A DNA stretch of 45,360 nucleotides from Actinomycetes bacterium (lineage in GTDB: Bacteria > Actinomycetota > Actinomycetes > JAJZTN01), in the NCBI GenBank assembly GCA_021848885.1, contig JAJZTN010000003.1, forward strand, positions 1 through 45,360, in the 5' to 3' direction. The notes under the pieces were generated by a model, which made no database searches, was not told the origin of the DNA, and saw only the letters and a program-made list of their open reading frames with translations. The position numbers were made by a program, and so were the translations under genes. Below, in pieces: positions 30,720 through 41,790 of this stretch (positions within the stretch are counted from its first letter, which is position 1; each line of letters opens with the position of its first letter).

Positions 30720-30986
30720 GTGCGGCTGCGCGTGCGGGTGCAGACGGGGGCGAGGCACGCCGGTGTCGGGGGGACCCGCGGTGAGGCGTTGCTCGTGGTG
30801 GTCCGGGCCCGCCCGGTCGACGGCGCCGCCAACGCGGAGCTGCTCCGGGCCCTCGCTGAGGCGTTCGAGGTGCCGCTGGCGGCGTTGCGGCTGCTCAGCG
30901 GAGCCAGCGGCCGGGACAAGTGGGTGCAGATCGACGGCGATGAGTCGCGGCTGCGTGCGCAGCTGCGACAGCTGAGCGGAGGATGA
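30720..30986 (+). CDS. DUF167 (YggU/UPF0235) family protein
   Basis: VRVQTGA, VRARPVDGAANAEL, SGASGRDK. Confidence 0.88.
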   Translation: MRLRVRVQTGARHAGVGGTRGEALLVVVRARPVDGAANAELLRALAEAFEVPLAALRLLSGASGRDKWVQIDGDESRLRAQLRQLSGG

Positions 30987-31161
30987 GCATCCGCGGACAC
31001 GTGCGGGCCGCGCCGTCCCCTGCCCGGTTCGGTGCGTTTCGTCTGTCCGCAGGGACACGCCGGACCCGTCCTTCGTTGTCGCTGACGGGTTCGGCACCTA
31101 TCCTGCCCGCACCATGGCGTGTCGTGATCATCTGGATCCGCGGGTGGGGAAGGAAGCGACC

Positions 31162-32154
31162 ATGTCCGGACGTAGGGCGGGTCTTGTCGAGCGGGCGCGC
31201 CAGCTTGTGGGGGGCACGATCCGCGCGGTGGCCGCCGAAGCAGGTCGGCGCTCACCGGTCGCAACGGCGCGGGTCAGCGGCTCGACCCCGGTGAAGAAGG
31301 CCGCCGCCAGCGTGGCCCCGGTCAAGGCCGCACGGGGGCAGGCCCCGGTGAAGAAGGCGGCCGTGGCGAAGAAGGCTTCGGTTTCGACCCCGAGCAAGAC
31401 CACCTCGGTGAAGAAGGCCGCCGCCAGCGTGGCCCCGGCTAAGGCCGCACGGGGGCAGGCCCCGGTGAAGAAGGCGGCCGCGGCGAAGAAGGCTTCGGTT
31501 TCGACCCCGAGGAAGACGACCGCGGCGAAGAAGGCTTCGGTTTCGACCCCGAGCAAGACGACCGCGGCGAAGAAGGCCGCCGCCAGCCCGGCCCCGGCCA
31601 AGGCCGCACGGGGGCAGGCCCCGGCGAAGAAGGCCCCGGCGGTGAAGGCCCCGGCGGTGAAGGCCCCGGCGAAGGCGCCTGCCGCACAGCGTGATGGCGC
31701 CGCCAGCAAGCCCGCTCCCGCCCGCACCACCGCTGTGTCGTCGCAACCGGCCAGCAGGGCCGCTGGGCTCGCCGTGCGCGATGACGAGTCACCATGGACA
31801 ACCGGGGAGCTCGCGCAGGTGCGCGCAGAGCTTGAGCTCGAGCTGACCCGGCTGCGCGCCGAGATCGCCGACGCGGAGGAGGAGATCGCGGATCTGCTGC
31901 GTGACGCCGGAGACGGTGCTGGTGACGACCAAGCCGATGCCGGCACGAAGACCTTCGAGCGTGAGCATGAGATGTCACTGGCCGCGAACTCTCGCGACAT
32001 GCTCGACCAGACCGAGCGGGCGCTGGCCCGCATCGACGCCGGCACGTACGGGGTCTGCGAGTTCTGCGGCAACCCGATCGGCAAGCGTCGTCTGCAGGCC
32101 TTTCCGCGTGCGACCCTATGCATGTCATGCAAACAGCGCGAGGAGCGTCGCTGA
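31162..32154 (+). CDS. TraR/DksA family zinc-finger protein with Lys/Ala-rich N-terminal repeats
   Basis: PWTTGEL, GDDQADAG, YGVCEFC-x17-CMSC; upstream TTGTCG-N17-TATCCT. Confidence 0.92.
   Translation: MSGRRAGLVERARQLVGGTIRAVAAEAGRRSPVATARVSGSTPVKKAAASVAPVKAARGQAPVKKAAVAKKASVSTPSKTTSVKKAAASVAPAKAARGQAPVKKAAAAKKASVSTPRKTTAAKKASVSTPSKTTAAKKAAASPAPAKAARGQAPAKKAPAVKAPAVKAPAKAPAAQRDGAASKPAPARTTAVSSQPASRAAGLAVRDDESPWTTGELAQVRAELELELTRLRAEIADAEEEIADLLRDAGDGAGDDQADAGTKTFEREHEMSLAANSRDMLDQTERALARIDAGTYGVCEFCGNPIGKRRLQAFPRATLCMSCKQREERR
31291..31680 (+). repeat. Nested coding repeats (117-bp, 42-bp, 15-bp units) encoding an H1-like region
   Basis: 39-aa unit VKKAAASVAPVKAARGQAPVKKAAVAKKASVSTPSKTTS at 31291 and 31408, then partial copies and KAPAV x2. 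Confidence 0.9.
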
Positions 32155-32666
32155 GCGACGCAGACGAGTCCAAGCCACTTCGCCGACGCAGCCTGCGGGT
32201 CCTGCTGGGCGTCGCTGTCGTCGTCGTGATCGTCGACCAGGTCACCAAGCACCTGGCCGTGGCGGCGCTCTCCGACGGTCACACGGTCCGGATGCTGGGC
32301 GGTCTGCTCACCCTGCGGCTGGTGCGCAACGCAGGGGCGGCGTTCGGCCTGGCCACCGGGGCGACGATCATCTTCAGCCTGGTGGCCGTGGGGGTGATCG
32401 TGGCGGTGCTGCGGATCAGCCGCAAGCTCGCCAGCGGCCCCTGGGCGGCCTCGTTCGGCATGCTGCTCGGCGGAGCGGTCGGCAACCTCATCGACCGCCT
32501 CTGGCGAGCGCCTCGACCGCTGGAGGGCCACGTGGTGGACTTCCTCGAGCTGCCGCACTGGCCGGTCTTCAACGTCGCAGACTCCTGCATCGTCATCGCC
32601 GCGGTCACGATGGTGATCTACACGATGCGTGGGATGGGGTACGACGGCAGCTCATCCCGTGGCTGA
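32127..32666 (+). CDS. lspA: Lipoprotein signal peptidase II
   Basis: [31 protein letters not shown]; start position uncertain. Confidence 0.93.
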   Translation: MQTARGASLSDADESKPLRRRSLRVLLGVAVVVVIVDQVTKHLAVAALSDGHTVRMLGGLLTLRLVRNAGAAFGLATGATIIFSLVAVGVIVAVLRISRKLASGPWAASFGMLLGGAVGNLIDRLWRAPRPLEGHVVDFLELPHWPVFNVADSCIVIAAVTMVIYTMRGMGYDGSSSRG

Positions 32667-33588
32667 CCGACGCTCGTTGCCGGTTCCCGAGGGGCTGGAG
32701 GGTGAACGGCTGGATGCCGCGCTGGCCCGGATGTTCGGGCTCTCACGCACCCGGGCCGGTCAGCTGGCCACTGACGGGCTGGTCCAGCTGGACGGGGCCC
32801 AGGCCAGCAAGTCCGACCGGGTGCGGGCCGGGGCGTGGCTGGACGTCGAGCTGCCCGAACCGCCCGCGGCACCCGTGGTGGCGCCGCACCCGGTGGACGG
32901 GCTGGTCATCGTTCACGATGACCCCGACATCGTCGTGGTCGACAAGCCGGTCGGGGTGGCCGCCCACCCCAGCCCGGGCTGGACCGGTCCCACGGTGGTC
33001 GCAGGGTTACGCGCAGCGGGTTTCACGGTCGCGACCTCCGGGGCGCCCGAGCGGCAGGGGGTCGTGCACCGGCTGGACGTTGGAACAAGTGGTCTGATGG
33101 TGGTGGCCAAGTCGGAGCTGGCCTACAGCGCGCTCAAGCACGCGTTCCGCGACCGTGAGGTGGACAAGATCTATCACGCGGTGGTGCAGGGCCACCCGGA
33201 CCCCTCGCGCGGCACGATAGACGCCCCGATCGACCGGCACCCCTCGCACGACTACCGCTTTGCGGTGGTGTCCGGCGGCAGGCCCAGCGTGACCCACTAC
33301 GACACGCTGGAGGCATTTCGCTCCGCCAGCCTGGTGCAGGTGCGGTTGGAGACCGGCCGGACCCACCAGATCCGGGTGCACATGGCGGCGTTGCGCCACC
33401 CCTGCGTGGGCGATCTCACTTACGGGGCTGATCCCGTTCTAGCCGCACGCCTCGGGCTGGGCCGGCAGTGGTTGCACGCCGTTCGGCTCAGTTTCACCCA
33501 CCCGCGCAGCGGTGAGTGGATGGAGTTCAGCAGCGACTATCCCGACGACCTCGCCGAGGCGCTGGTCCGCCTCGGCGAGCCGGCCTGA
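32659..33588 (+). CDS. RluA/RluD family pseudouridine synthase
   Basis: S4-like [35 protein letters not shown]. Confidence 0.95.
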   Translation: MADRRSLPVPEGLEGERLDAALARMFGLSRTRAGQLATDGLVQLDGAQASKSDRVRAGAWLDVELPEPPAAPVVAPHPVDGLVIVHDDPDIVVVDKPVGVAAHPSPGWTGPTVVAGLRAAGFTVATSGAPERQGVVHRLDVGTSGLMVVAKSELAYSALKHAFRDREVDKIYHAVVQGHPDPSRGTIDAPIDRHPSHDYRFAVVSGGRPSVTHYDTLEAFRSASLVQVRLETGRTHQIRVHMAALRHPCVGDLTYGADPVLAARLGLGRQWLHAVRLSFTHPRSGEWMEFSSDYPDDLAEALVRLGEPA

Positions 33589-33832
33589 GCCCAGTCCGGG
33601 GCGCAGCCGGCCCTGCACAGCCAAGCAGCCTGCGGGGTCGCGCGCGTCGGCCCCGGTCTGTCCGGGCCGGCGACTAGGCTCGCCGGTGCGGGAGCAGGCG
33701 GGTCGGCAAGCCCGTCCCGCCCGACCCGCGCTGCTCGACCCGACCGACTTCCCCGCCTGCATGGCCGGTCGTCGCCGCAGCACCACCCGCCGCCCAGGCG
33801 ACCAGCGGACGACGCGAGGAGGACCGGCCCGG

Positions 33833-36800
33833 ATGCCCCGTCCCGACGAGCAGTTCGTGCACCTGCACGTGCACACCGAGTTCTCCATGCTCGACGGTGC
33901 CGCGCGGCTGCCCGACCTCTTCGCCGAAGCCGCCCGCCAGCACATGCCGGCGCTGGCCATGACCGACCACGGCAACCTCTTCGGCGCCTACGAGTTCTGG
34001 AAGGCCGGTCGGGCCGCCGGTGTCAAGCCGATCATTGGGATCGAGGCCTATCTCACCCCCGGTCAGGTGCACCGCGGCGAGAGGACCCGGGTGCGCTGGG
34101 GCAACGGGGGGGAGGACGACGTCTCCGGTGGCGGTGCCTACACCCATATGACGATGCTGGCCGAGACCACCACCGGCATGCACAACCTCTTCCGGTTGTC
34201 TTCGCTGGCCAGCCTCGAGGGCTACTACTACAAGCCCCGCATGGACCGCGAGCTGCTGTCCCGCTACGCCGAGGGCATCATCGCGACCACCGGGTGCGCC
34301 TCGGGTGAGGTGCAGACCCTGCTGCGGCTGGGCCGCTACAAGGACGCCGTCGAGGCGGCCGCGCAGTTCCGCGACATCTTCGGCCGGGAGAACTTCTTCT
34401 GCGAGGTCATGGACCATGGGCTGAGCATCGAGCGGCGGGTCCAGCGGGACCTGCTGCGACTGGCCGCCGACCTGAACCTGCCGTTGCTGGCCAGCAACGA
34501 CCTGCACTACACCTTCGCCGCGGACGCCACCGCGCACGAGGTGCTGCTGTGCGTGCAGTCCGGTTCCACCCTGGCCGACCCGGGCCGATTCCGGTTCGAC
34601 TCCAACGAGTTCTACCTCAAGACCGCCGCGCAGATGCGCCAACTGTGGGCCGAGCATCCCGAGGCAGCCGACAACACGCTGCGCGTCGCCGAGCGGTGCG
34701 AGGTGGGCTTCAAGGAGTCAACCGGCTCCTACATGCCACGGTTCCCCTGCCCCCCGGGTGAGGACGAGCAGTCCTGGTTCGTCAAGGAGGTCGAGCGCGG
34801 CCTGCACGAGCGCTTCCCGGCCGGGGTGCCCGACGTGGTCCGCCGGCAGGCCGACTACGAGGTCGAGGTCATCGTCTCCAAGGGCTACGCCGGCTACTTC
34901 CTCGTCGTGGCCGACTTCATCAACTGGGCGAAGACCCACGGCATCCGGGTGGGGCCGGGCCGCGGGTCCGGCGCCGGGTCGATGGCGGCGTACGCCATGA
35001 AAATCACCGACCTTGACCCGCTGCGACACGGCCTGATCTTCGAGCGTTTCCTCAACCCCGAGCGCATGTCGATGCCCGACTTCGACGTGGACTTCGACGA
35101 GCGTCGCCGCGGTGAGGTGATCCGCTACGTCACCGACCGCTACGGAGAGGACCGGGTCGCCCAGATCGTCACCTACGGCACGATCAAGGCCAAGCAGGCG
35201 GTCAAGGACGCCTCGAGGGTGCTGGGCTTCCCGTTCGCGATGGGCGAGCGGATCACCAAGGCCATGCCGCCCTCGGTCATGGGCAAGGACATCTCGCTTT
35301 CGGGCATCTTCGACCCCGCACACCCGCGCCACGGGGAGGCCGGGGAGTTGCGGGCGCTCTACGAGTCGGACCCGGATGTCGCCAGGGTCGTGGACACCGC
35401 TCGCGGCCTGGAGGGGCTCAAGCGGCAGTGGGGGGTGCACGCGGCCGGGGTGATCATGTCCAGCGATCCGCTGGCCGACCTTATCCCGATCATGAGGCGG
35501 GAGCAGGACGGGCAGGTCATCACCCAGTTCGACTACCCGACCTGCGAGGCGCTGGGTCTGGTCAAGATGGACTTCCTGGGCCTGCGGAACCTGACGATCC
35601 TCGACGACGCGCTGCGCAACATCGAGCTCAACGGGAAGCCGGCCCTGGACCTGGAGTCGCTGCCGCTGGATGACGCCCCCACCTACGAGCTGCTCGGCCG
35701 AGGCGACACCCTGGGGGTGTTCCAGTTCGACGGCGGCCCGATGCGCTCCCTGCTGAGGCTGATGAAGCCGGACAACTTCGAGGACATCTGCGCGGTCGGC
35801 GCGCTCTATCGCCCCGGTCCGATGGGTGCCGGCTCGCACACCAACTACGCGTTGCGCAAGAACGGCCTGCAGCCGATAACGCCCATCCACCCCGAGCTGG
35901 CCGAGCCGTTGGCCGACATCCTCGGCACGACCCACGGCCTGATCGTCTACCAGGAGCAGGTCATGGAGATCGCCCAGCGGGTCGCTGGGTACTCCCTCGG
36001 CCGCGCCGACCTGCTGCGTCGGGCCATGGGCAAGAAGAAGAAGTCGGTGCTCGACGCGGAGTTCGTCCCCTTCTCCGAGGGCATGCGGGCCAACGGCTTC
36101 TCCGCCCAGGCCATCCGGACGCTGTGGGAGATCCTCGTCCCGTTCTCCGACTACGCCTTCAACAAGGCGCACAGCGCCGCCTACGGCCTGGTCTCCTACT
36201 GGACGGCCTACCTGAAGGCGAACTACCCGGCGGAGTACATGGCCGCGGTGCTCACCTCGGTGCGCGACGACAAGGACAAGACGGCCCTCTACCTCAACGA
36301 GTGCCGCCGGATGGGCATCAGGGTGCTCCCACCCGACGTCAACACCTCCGACGGGGACTTCACCCCGGTCGGCACGGACATCCGGTTCGGGCTCACCGCG
36401 ATCCGCAACGTCGGCGCCAACGTGGTCGAGTCGATCATCGCGACCCGCCTCGCGCGAGGGCGCTTCAGCGACTTCGACGACTTCCTGGACAAGGTCGACC
36501 CGGTGGTGTGCAACAAGAAGACGATCGAGTCGCTGATCAAGGCGGGGGCCTTCGACTCCCTCGGGCACACCCGTCGCGGGCTGCAGCTCGTGCACGCCGA
36601 GCGGATCGACCTGGTGATGGACGTCAAGCGCAACGAGGCGATCGGGCAGTTCGACCTGTTCGGGGCCTCCGGTGCCGCCGGTTCCGCCGCCGAGCAGGTC
36701 GCGCCGCGCCCGGCGATCCCGGACAGCGAGTGGGACAAGGCGGTGCTGCTGGCCGCCGAGCGCGAGATGCTGGGGCTCTATGTCTCCGACCACCCGCTGC

Positions 36801-37366
36801 TGGGGGTCGAGCACGTGCTGGCTGCCGCCGCCGACTGCTCGATCGCCGCGCTGACCGGATCGGAGGACCGGCTCGAGGGTGCTGTCGTGACGATCGCCGG
36901 GATGGTCAGCTCGGTGGTGCGCAAGGTCAACAAGAAGGGGGACTTCTGGGCCATCGCCACCGTGGAGGACCTGGAGGGGGCCATCGAGGTGCTCTTCTTC
37001 CCCTCCACCTACCAGCTGTACTCGACCGCGCTGCGGGAGGACGCCGTGGTGGTGGTGCGCGGCCGGCTGAACCGGCGCGAGGATGCTCCCAGCCTCTACG
37101 CGATGGAGCTGACGATCCCGGACCTGTCCGAAGGGCCACGCGGGCCGGTGGTGGTGCGCCTGCCCGCCACCCGGTGCACCCCTCCGGTGGTGGAGCGGCT
37201 CAAGGACGTGCTGCGAACCCACCCGGGCACCACCGAGGTTCACCTGGCCCTGCAGTCCGGCCCGCGAACGACCGTCATGCGGCTTGACGAGCGGTTGCGG
37301 GTCGCGCCCACCCCCGCGTTGATGGGTGACCTCAAGGAGTTGCTGGGGCCGAGCTGCCTGGCCTAG
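33833..37366 (+). CDS. dnaE: Replicative DNA polymerase III alpha subunit (DnaE1)
   Basis: [49 protein letters not shown] clamp motif; GAGGAGG RBS; no intein-sized insertion. Confidence 0.98.
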   Translation: MPRPDEQFVHLHVHTEFSMLDGAARLPDLFAEAARQHMPALAMTDHGNLFGAYEFWKAGRAAGVKPIIGIEAYLTPGQVHRGERTRVRWGNGGEDDVSGGGAYTHMTMLAETTTGMHNLFRLSSLASLEGYYYKPRMDRELLSRYAEGIIATTGCASGEVQTLLRLGRYKDAVEAAAQFRDIFGRENFFCEVMDHGLSIERRVQRDLLRLAADLNLPLLASNDLHYTFAADATAHEVLLCVQSGSTLADPGRFRFDSNEFYLKTAAQMRQLWAEHPEAADNTLRVAERCEVGFKESTGSYMPRFPCPPGEDEQSWFVKEVERGLHERFPAGVPDVVRRQADYEVEVIVSKGYAGYFLVVADFINWAKTHGIRVGPGRGSGAGSMAAYAMKITDLDPLRHGLIFERFLNPERMSMPDFDVDFDERRRGEVIRYVTDRYGEDRVAQIVTYGTIKAKQAVKDASRVLGFPFAMGERITKAMPPSVMGKDISLSGIFDPAHPRHGEAGELRALYESDPDVARVVDTARGLEGLKRQWGVHAAGVIMSSDPLADLIPIMRREQDGQVITQFDYPTCEALGLVKMDFLGLRNLTILDDALRNIELNGKPALDLESLPLDDAPTYELLGRGDTLGVFQFDGGPMRSLLRLMKPDNFEDICAVGALYRPGPMGAGSHTNYALRKNGLQPITPIHPELAEPLADILGTTHGLIVYQEQVMEIAQRVAGYSLGRADLLRRAMGKKKKSVLDAEFVPFSEGMRANGFSAQAIRTLWEILVPFSDYAFNKAHSAAYGLVSYWTAYLKANYPAEYMAAVLTSVRDDKDKTALYLNECRRMGIRVLPPDVNTSDGDFTPVGTDIRFGLTAIRNVGANVVESIIATRLARGRFSDFDDFLDKVDPVVCNKKTIESLIKAGAFDSLGHTRRGLQLVHAERIDLVMDVKRNEAIGQFDLFGASGAAGSAAEQVAPRPAIPDSEWDKAVLLAAEREMLGLYVSDHPLLGVEHVLAAAADCSIAALTGSEDRLEGAVVTIAGMVSSVVRKVNKKGDFWAIATVEDLEGAIEVLFFPSTYQLYSTALREDAVVVVRGRLNRREDAPSLYAMELTIPDLSEGPRGPVVVRLPATRCTPPVVERLKDVLRTHPGTTEVHLALQSGPRTTVMRLDERLRVAPTPALMGDLKELLGPSCLA

Positions 37367-37420
37367 CCACCGGGGTGCCCCGAGGTGTGCTGGCCGGGAG
37401 CCCCTGCGTACGGTGGCCGG

Positions 37421-38143
37421 GTGCCGGCTGATCAGCGAAGGACCGAGAGCGCGCGCCGGGGGCTGCGGGTGGGCGCGCTCACCGCGGCCTCCTGCGTGGC
37501 GATCGGTGTGCTGATGGGGGTCGTGTGGTCGAGGCTGGCACCGATCGCCCCGCTGCGAGTCACCGATGCCGGGGCGGTGCTGGACGAGTCCGCCAGCGGG
37601 CGCCTCATCGCCGATGACGGGTGGTTCGCTGTGCTCGGCCTGGTGCTGGGGCTGCTCAGCGCGCTCGCCGGGTGGGTCCGGTGGCGCCAGCAGGTGCTCT
37701 CGCTGGGCGCCGGGCTGGCTCTCGGCGGCCTGGCGGGGGGGTTGGTGGCGTGGCGGGTCGGTGCCTGGCTCGGCCCCGCGCCACTTCACGAGCAGGCTGG
37801 CGGGGCCCAGATCGGGGCGGTGCTGCACCTGCCGCTGAGCATCCGGGCCCTGGCCGTGCTGCTGGTCTGGCCGATAACCGCCCTCATCACGCTGTTCGCG
37901 GCGGTGGCCGGGTCGGCCGAGGATGACCCGGACCAGACCGTCACGGTGGAGGCGGAGCAGGCGGGCGAGGCCGAGCACCCCCGGTCCGGCCCTGCGGCGC
38001 CGGGGGTTTCCGGGTCCGGGCTAGTCGGCGGGCCCGTCGCCGGCGCGGGCGATGGGGGCGAGCCGGGCACCGGTGGCGGCCAGCAGGTCGGCTGGGGCGA
38101 GCTCGAGGTCCAGCCCGCGCCGCCCGCCGGAGACCAGAACTGA
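37421..38143 (+). CDS. Four-TM membrane protein (DUF2567-like)
   Basis: GVVWSRLAP, IADDGWFAVLG, AWRVGAWLGP, LLVWP; TACGGT-N6-GTG start. Confidence 0.7.
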   Translation: MPADQRRTESARRGLRVGALTAASCVAIGVLMGVVWSRLAPIAPLRVTDAGAVLDESASGRLIADDGWFAVLGLVLGLLSALAGWVRWRQQVLSLGAGLALGGLAGGLVAWRVGAWLGPAPLHEQAGGAQIGAVLHLPLSIRALAVLLVWPITALITLFAAVAGSAEDDPDQTVTVEAEQAGEAEHPRSGPAAPGVSGSGLVGGPVAGAGDGGEPGTGGGQQVGWGELEVQPAPPAGDQN

Positions 38144-38533
38144 GCCCAGCACGGCTGCGGAGGAGTCCAGGAACGTCGGCAGGCGGCGACGCGCGCCGAC
38201 CGGGCTGATCCCGCCGACGACATAGCCGGTGGCCCGCTCGGCCAGCGCGGGCTCGGCCATGCGGGCCCGCTTGCCGCCGGCGGCGGCGGCAAGTGCCTTG
38301 AGGTCCAGCGAGGTCGTCACCGGCACGATGCCGACCACAAGCGCCCCGTCCACCTCGGCCAGCAGCGTCTTGAAGACGCGAGCCGGGTCCACGCCCAGGG
38401 CCTGGGCCGCCTCCAGCCCGTAGGAGGGGGCCGCCGGGTCGTGGGTGTAGGTGTGCACCGTGAAGCTGACCTTGAGCCGGGTCAGCGCGGTGGTGGCCGG
38501 GGTCGCGGGGGCGGGGCGGTGCTGGCGGGACAC
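38021..38533 (-). CDS. ybaK: Cys-tRNA(Pro) deacylase YbaK
   Basis: [40 protein letters not shown]. Confidence 0.94.
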   Translation of the reverse strand: MSRQHRPAPATPATTALTRLKVSFTVHTYTHDPAAPSYGLEAAQALGVDPARVFKTLLAEVDGALVVGIVPVTTSLDLKALAAAAGGKRARMAEPALAERATGYVVGGISPVGARRRLPTFLDSSAAVLGSVLVSGGRRGLDLELAPADLLAATGARLAPIARAGDGPAD

Positions 38534-38602
38534 GGGGTGACCCTATGACCGGTCGGTGCCAGACCGGTCAGGCCGGCCCTGGGCCAGGGTGGCAGCCGCA
38601 CG

Positions 38603-38716
38603 GGCCTGCGCGCCCGCGACGCCGATCGGTCCGGCCCGCCGACCTGCGCGCCGGCGACGCCGATCGGTCCGGCCCGCCGGCCTGCGCGCCGGCGACGCCG
38701 ATCGGCCCGGCCCGCC
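38603..38716. repeat. 38-bp tandem repeat x3 between ybaK and hisD
   Basis: G(G/A)CCTGCGCGCC(C/G)GCGACGCCGATCGG(T/C)CCGGCCCGCC at 38603, 38641, 38679. Confidence 0.95.
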
Positions 38717-38724
38717 GGCCGACC

Positions 38725-38739
38725 TACACTGGTGGGGTG
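38725..38739 (+). promoter_or_regulatory. Leaderless-type hisD promoter
   Basis: TACACT-N6-GTG, no strong Shine-Dalgarno. Confidence 0.6.
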
Positions 38740-40095
38740 ATTCCCAGGCTCGACCTGCGCCAGAGCACCCGCGACCCGCGCGAGGTGCTGCCTCGCGCGG
38801 CCATGGACGTCGAGGCCGCGCTGAAGGTGGTCCGGCCGTTGTGCGAGCAGGTCCGCGACGGCGGGGTGGCGGCGATCGCCGAGATAAGTGCCCGGCTGGA
38901 CGGGGTGGTGCCGCCGTCGCTGCGGGTCCCGACCGAGGTGTGCCACTCCGCGCTGGCCGGGCTGGACCCGAGGGTCCGTGAGGCGCTCGTGGAGGCCATC
39001 ACCCGCGTCCGGGCGGTGCACGCCGACCAGCGCCGTCGCGAGCACACCACCGTGGTGTGCCCCGGAGGCACCGTCACCCAACGCTGGCTTCCAGTCGAGC
39101 GGGTCGGGCTGTACGTGCCCGGCGGGCGCGCGGTCTATCCCAGCTCCGTGGTGATGAACGTCGTGCCCGCCCAGCAGGCCGGGGTCGGCTCGATCGCCCT
39201 GGCCTCCCCGCCGCAGCGGGATCACGGCGGATGGCCGCACCCGACGATCTTGGCGGCCGCCGCGCTGCTCGGGGTCGAGGAGGTCTACGCCGTCGGTGGT
39301 GCCCAAGCGGTGGCCATGTTCGCCTATGGCGCGCGGGAGGCGCGCGGTGTGGATGGCGCGCGGGAGGCGGGTGACCTGGTCTGCCGGCCCGTCGACATGG
39401 TCACCGGGCCCGGGAACATCTGGGTCACGGCAGCCAAGCGCCTGGTCAAGGGCCTGGTCGGCATCGACGCGGAGGCCGGACCCACCGAGATCGCCATCCT
39501 GGCCGACGAGACCGCCAACCCGGCCCTGGTCGCCACCGACCTGATCAGCCAGGCAGAGCACGACGTGATCGCTGCCGCGGTGCTCGTCACCGACAGCGAG
39601 GAGCTGGCGGCGGCCGTGGAGGCGGAGCTGGCGGCCCGGGTCCCAGCCACCAAGCACGGCGATCGGATCCGCGAGGCGCTGGCCGGACGGCAGTCGGGGA
39701 TCGCCCTGGTGCGTGACATCGAGCAGGGGCTCGACGTCGTCAACGGCTACGCCGCCGAGCACCTGGAGATCCACACCCGTGATGCCGCCGCCGTGGCCCG
39801 CCGGGTCCGCAACGCGGGGGCGATCTTCGTGGGTCCATGGGCGCCGGTGTCACTGGGGGACTACGCGGCCGGGTCCAACCACGTGCTGCCCACCGGCGGA
39901 TGCGCCTGCCACTCCAGCGGGCTGTCGGTGCAGACCTTCCTGCGCGGGGTGCAGCTGGTCGAGTACGACGAGGACGCGCTGCGTCAGGTGGCCGACGACG
40001 TGGTGGCGCTGGCCAATGCCGAGGACCTTCCGGCTCACGGCGAGGCTGTGCTGGCCCGCTTGTCGGCCGGCGAGCACGACGTCGACGGCGGCTGA
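38737..40095 (+). CDS. hisD: Histidinol dehydrogenase
   Basis: [47 protein letters not shown]. Confidence 0.97.
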   Translation: MIPRLDLRQSTRDPREVLPRAAMDVEAALKVVRPLCEQVRDGGVAAIAEISARLDGVVPPSLRVPTEVCHSALAGLDPRVREALVEAITRVRAVHADQRRREHTTVVCPGGTVTQRWLPVERVGLYVPGGRAVYPSSVVMNVVPAQQAGVGSIALASPPQRDHGGWPHPTILAAAALLGVEEVYAVGGAQAVAMFAYGAREARGVDGAREAGDLVCRPVDMVTGPGNIWVTAAKRLVKGLVGIDAEAGPTEIAILADETANPALVATDLISQAEHDVIAAAVLVTDSEELAAAVEAELAARVPATKHGDRIREALAGRQSGIALVRDIEQGLDVVNGYAAEHLEIHTRDAAAVARRVRNAGAIFVGPWAPVSLGDYAAGSNHVLPTGGCACHSSGLSVQTFLRGVQLVEYDEDALRQVADDVVALANAEDLPAHGEAVLARLSAGEHDVDGG

Positions 40096-40096
40096 G

Positions 40097-41206
40097 GTGC
40101 CCGGTCTGGACGATCTCCCGCTGCGCGAGGACCTGCGGGGGCAGGTGCCCTACGGCGCCCCGCAGCTTGACGTGCCGGTGCGGCTCAACGTCAACGAGAA
40201 CCCCTACCCGCCCTCGGCCGGCCTGGTTGCCGACATCGCCGCCGCGGTTGCGGGCATCGCCGGGACGCTGAACCGCTACCCGGACCGTGACGCCCTGCAG
40301 CTGCGGGCCGATCTGGCCGGATACCTCGGCCAGGACACGGGTGTGGGACTGAGCGCGGCACAGCTGTGGGTCGCCAACGGGTCCAACGAGATCATGCTGC
40401 AGCTGCTGCAGGCATTCGGTGGACCTGGGCGCGTCGCGCTGGGCTTCGCCCCGACCTACTCGATGTACCCGGAGTACTGCCGCGACACCTTCACCCGCTG
40501 GGTGGGCGTGCCCCGGCTCCCCGGTTTCGGCCTGGACGTGGCCACCGTTGTGGCGGCCCTGCGCGAGCACCGGCCGGACGTCGTACTGCTGGCCTCCCCG
40601 AACAACCCCACCGGGACGGCGGTCGAGCTTGACGTCGTCGAGGCGCTGTGCGAGCACAGCCCGGGCATCGTGGTGGTGGACGAGGCCTACGCGGAGTTCC
40701 GCCGTCCCGGGACCGCCAGCGCGGTCGAGCTGCTGACCCGTCATGCGCGCCTTGTCGTCACCCGGACGATGAGCAAGGCATTCGCTCTGGCCGGTGCCCG
40801 GGTCGGCTACGCGGCCGCTGACCCGGCCGTTGTCAGCGCGCTGCAGCTCGTCCGGCTCCCCTATCACCTCTCCGCGGTGACCCAGGTGGTCGCCCGAACG
40901 GCGCTGTCGCACGCCCCGGAGCTGCTCGGGCAGGTCGCCGCGCTGCGCCGCGCCCGTGACGAGCTGGTCGACTGGCTGCGCGAGCGCGGGTTTCGGGTCG
41001 CCGACAGTGATGCGAACTTCGTGCTCTTCGGTCAGTTCGACGACGCGCACGCGGTCTGGGAGGGTCTGCTGGCACGCGGCGTGCTCATCCGGGAGACCGG
41101 GCCGGCAGGCTGGTTGCGCGCGAGTCTGGGCACGCCCGAGGACAACGCCGCTCTGCGCGCCGCGCTGACAGAGGTGTCCGAGGCAGACCGACGGGAGAGA
41201 CCATGA
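40097..41206 (+). CDS. hisC: Histidinol-phosphate aminotransferase
   Basis: [44 protein letters not shown]. Confidence 0.96.
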   Translation: MPGLDDLPLREDLRGQVPYGAPQLDVPVRLNVNENPYPPSAGLVADIAAAVAGIAGTLNRYPDRDALQLRADLAGYLGQDTGVGLSAAQLWVANGSNEIMLQLLQAFGGPGRVALGFAPTYSMYPEYCRDTFTRWVGVPRLPGFGLDVATVVAALREHRPDVVLLASPNNPTGTAVELDVVEALCEHSPGIVVVDEAYAEFRRPGTASAVELLTRHARLVVTRTMSKAFALAGARVGYAAADPAVVSALQLVRLPYHLSAVTQVVARTALSHAPELLGQVAALRRARDELVDWLRERGFRVADSDANFVLFGQFDDAHAVWEGLLARGVLIRETGPAGWLRASLGTPEDNAALRAALTEVSEADRRERP

Positions 41207-41790
41207 GCCGCACCGCGAGCGTTCGGCGGGCCACCAAGGAGTCCGACGTCAGCGTCGCGTTGGGCCTGGACGGCACCGGCGCGGTCGATGTGGCCACCGG
41301 GGTGCCCTTCTTCGACCACATGCTCGCCCAGCTGGGCAAGCACGCCGGCTTCGACCTGAGCGTGCGCACGGCCGGTGACATCGAGGTGGACGCGCATCAC
41401 ACGGTCGAGGACACCTCCCTGGCCCTGGGTGCGGCACTGCGCGAGGCGCTGGGCGAGAAGACCGGCATCCGCCGTTTCGGCGACGCGCTCGTGCCGCTGG
41501 ACGAGTGCTTGGTGCAGGCCGCCGTGGACCTTTCCGGTCGGCCCTACCTGGTGCACACCGAGCCGGAGATCGTCGAGCTGATCGGCAGCTTTGACACGAC
41601 ACTGACCCGGCACATCTGGGAGTCCTTCACCGCCGAGGCCGGCATATGCCTGCATGTGCGGGTGCTGGCTGGACGCAACGCCCACCACGTCGTGGAGGCC
41701 CAGTTCAAGGCGGTGGCCCGGGCATTGCGTGAGGCCGTGCGGCTGGACCCGCGGGTGAGCGGGGTGCCCTCCACCAAGGGCAGCCTGTGA
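41203..41790 (+). CDS. hisB: Imidazoleglycerol-phosphate dehydratase
   Basis: [30 protein letters not shown]. Confidence 0.97.
   Translation: MSRTASVRRATKESDVSVALGLDGTGAVDVATGVPFFDHMLAQLGKHAGFDLSVRTAGDIEVDAHHTVEDTSLALGAALREALGEKTGIRRFGDALVPLDECLVQAAVDLSGRPYLVHTEPEIVELIGSFDTTLTRHIWESFTAEAGICLHVRVLAGRNAHHVVEAQFKAVARALREAVRLDPRVSGVPSTKGSL

Noticed and set aside
30540-30720. Remnant ileS T-box or c-di-GMP riboswitch
   Set aside because: No T-box GGTGGTACCGC consensus and no recognisable aptamer core
33589-33832. 244-bp gap before dnaE as an ncRNA
   Set aside because: Only weak GC pairing and a TAGGCT -10-like element; best read as promoter and leader
33833-37366. Intein in DnaE
   Set aside because: Length of 1177 aa is normal and no intein-like insertion is visible
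34718-37978. Long antisense ORFs (1086 aa here; also 839-2992, 3286-5337, 12724-15423, 20683-22389)
   Set aside because: Shadows of well-supported genes, expected from high-GC codon bias; no recognisable motifs
38603-38716. 38-bp repeats as a CRISPR array
   Set aside because: Copies are contiguous with no spacers and no cas genes are present
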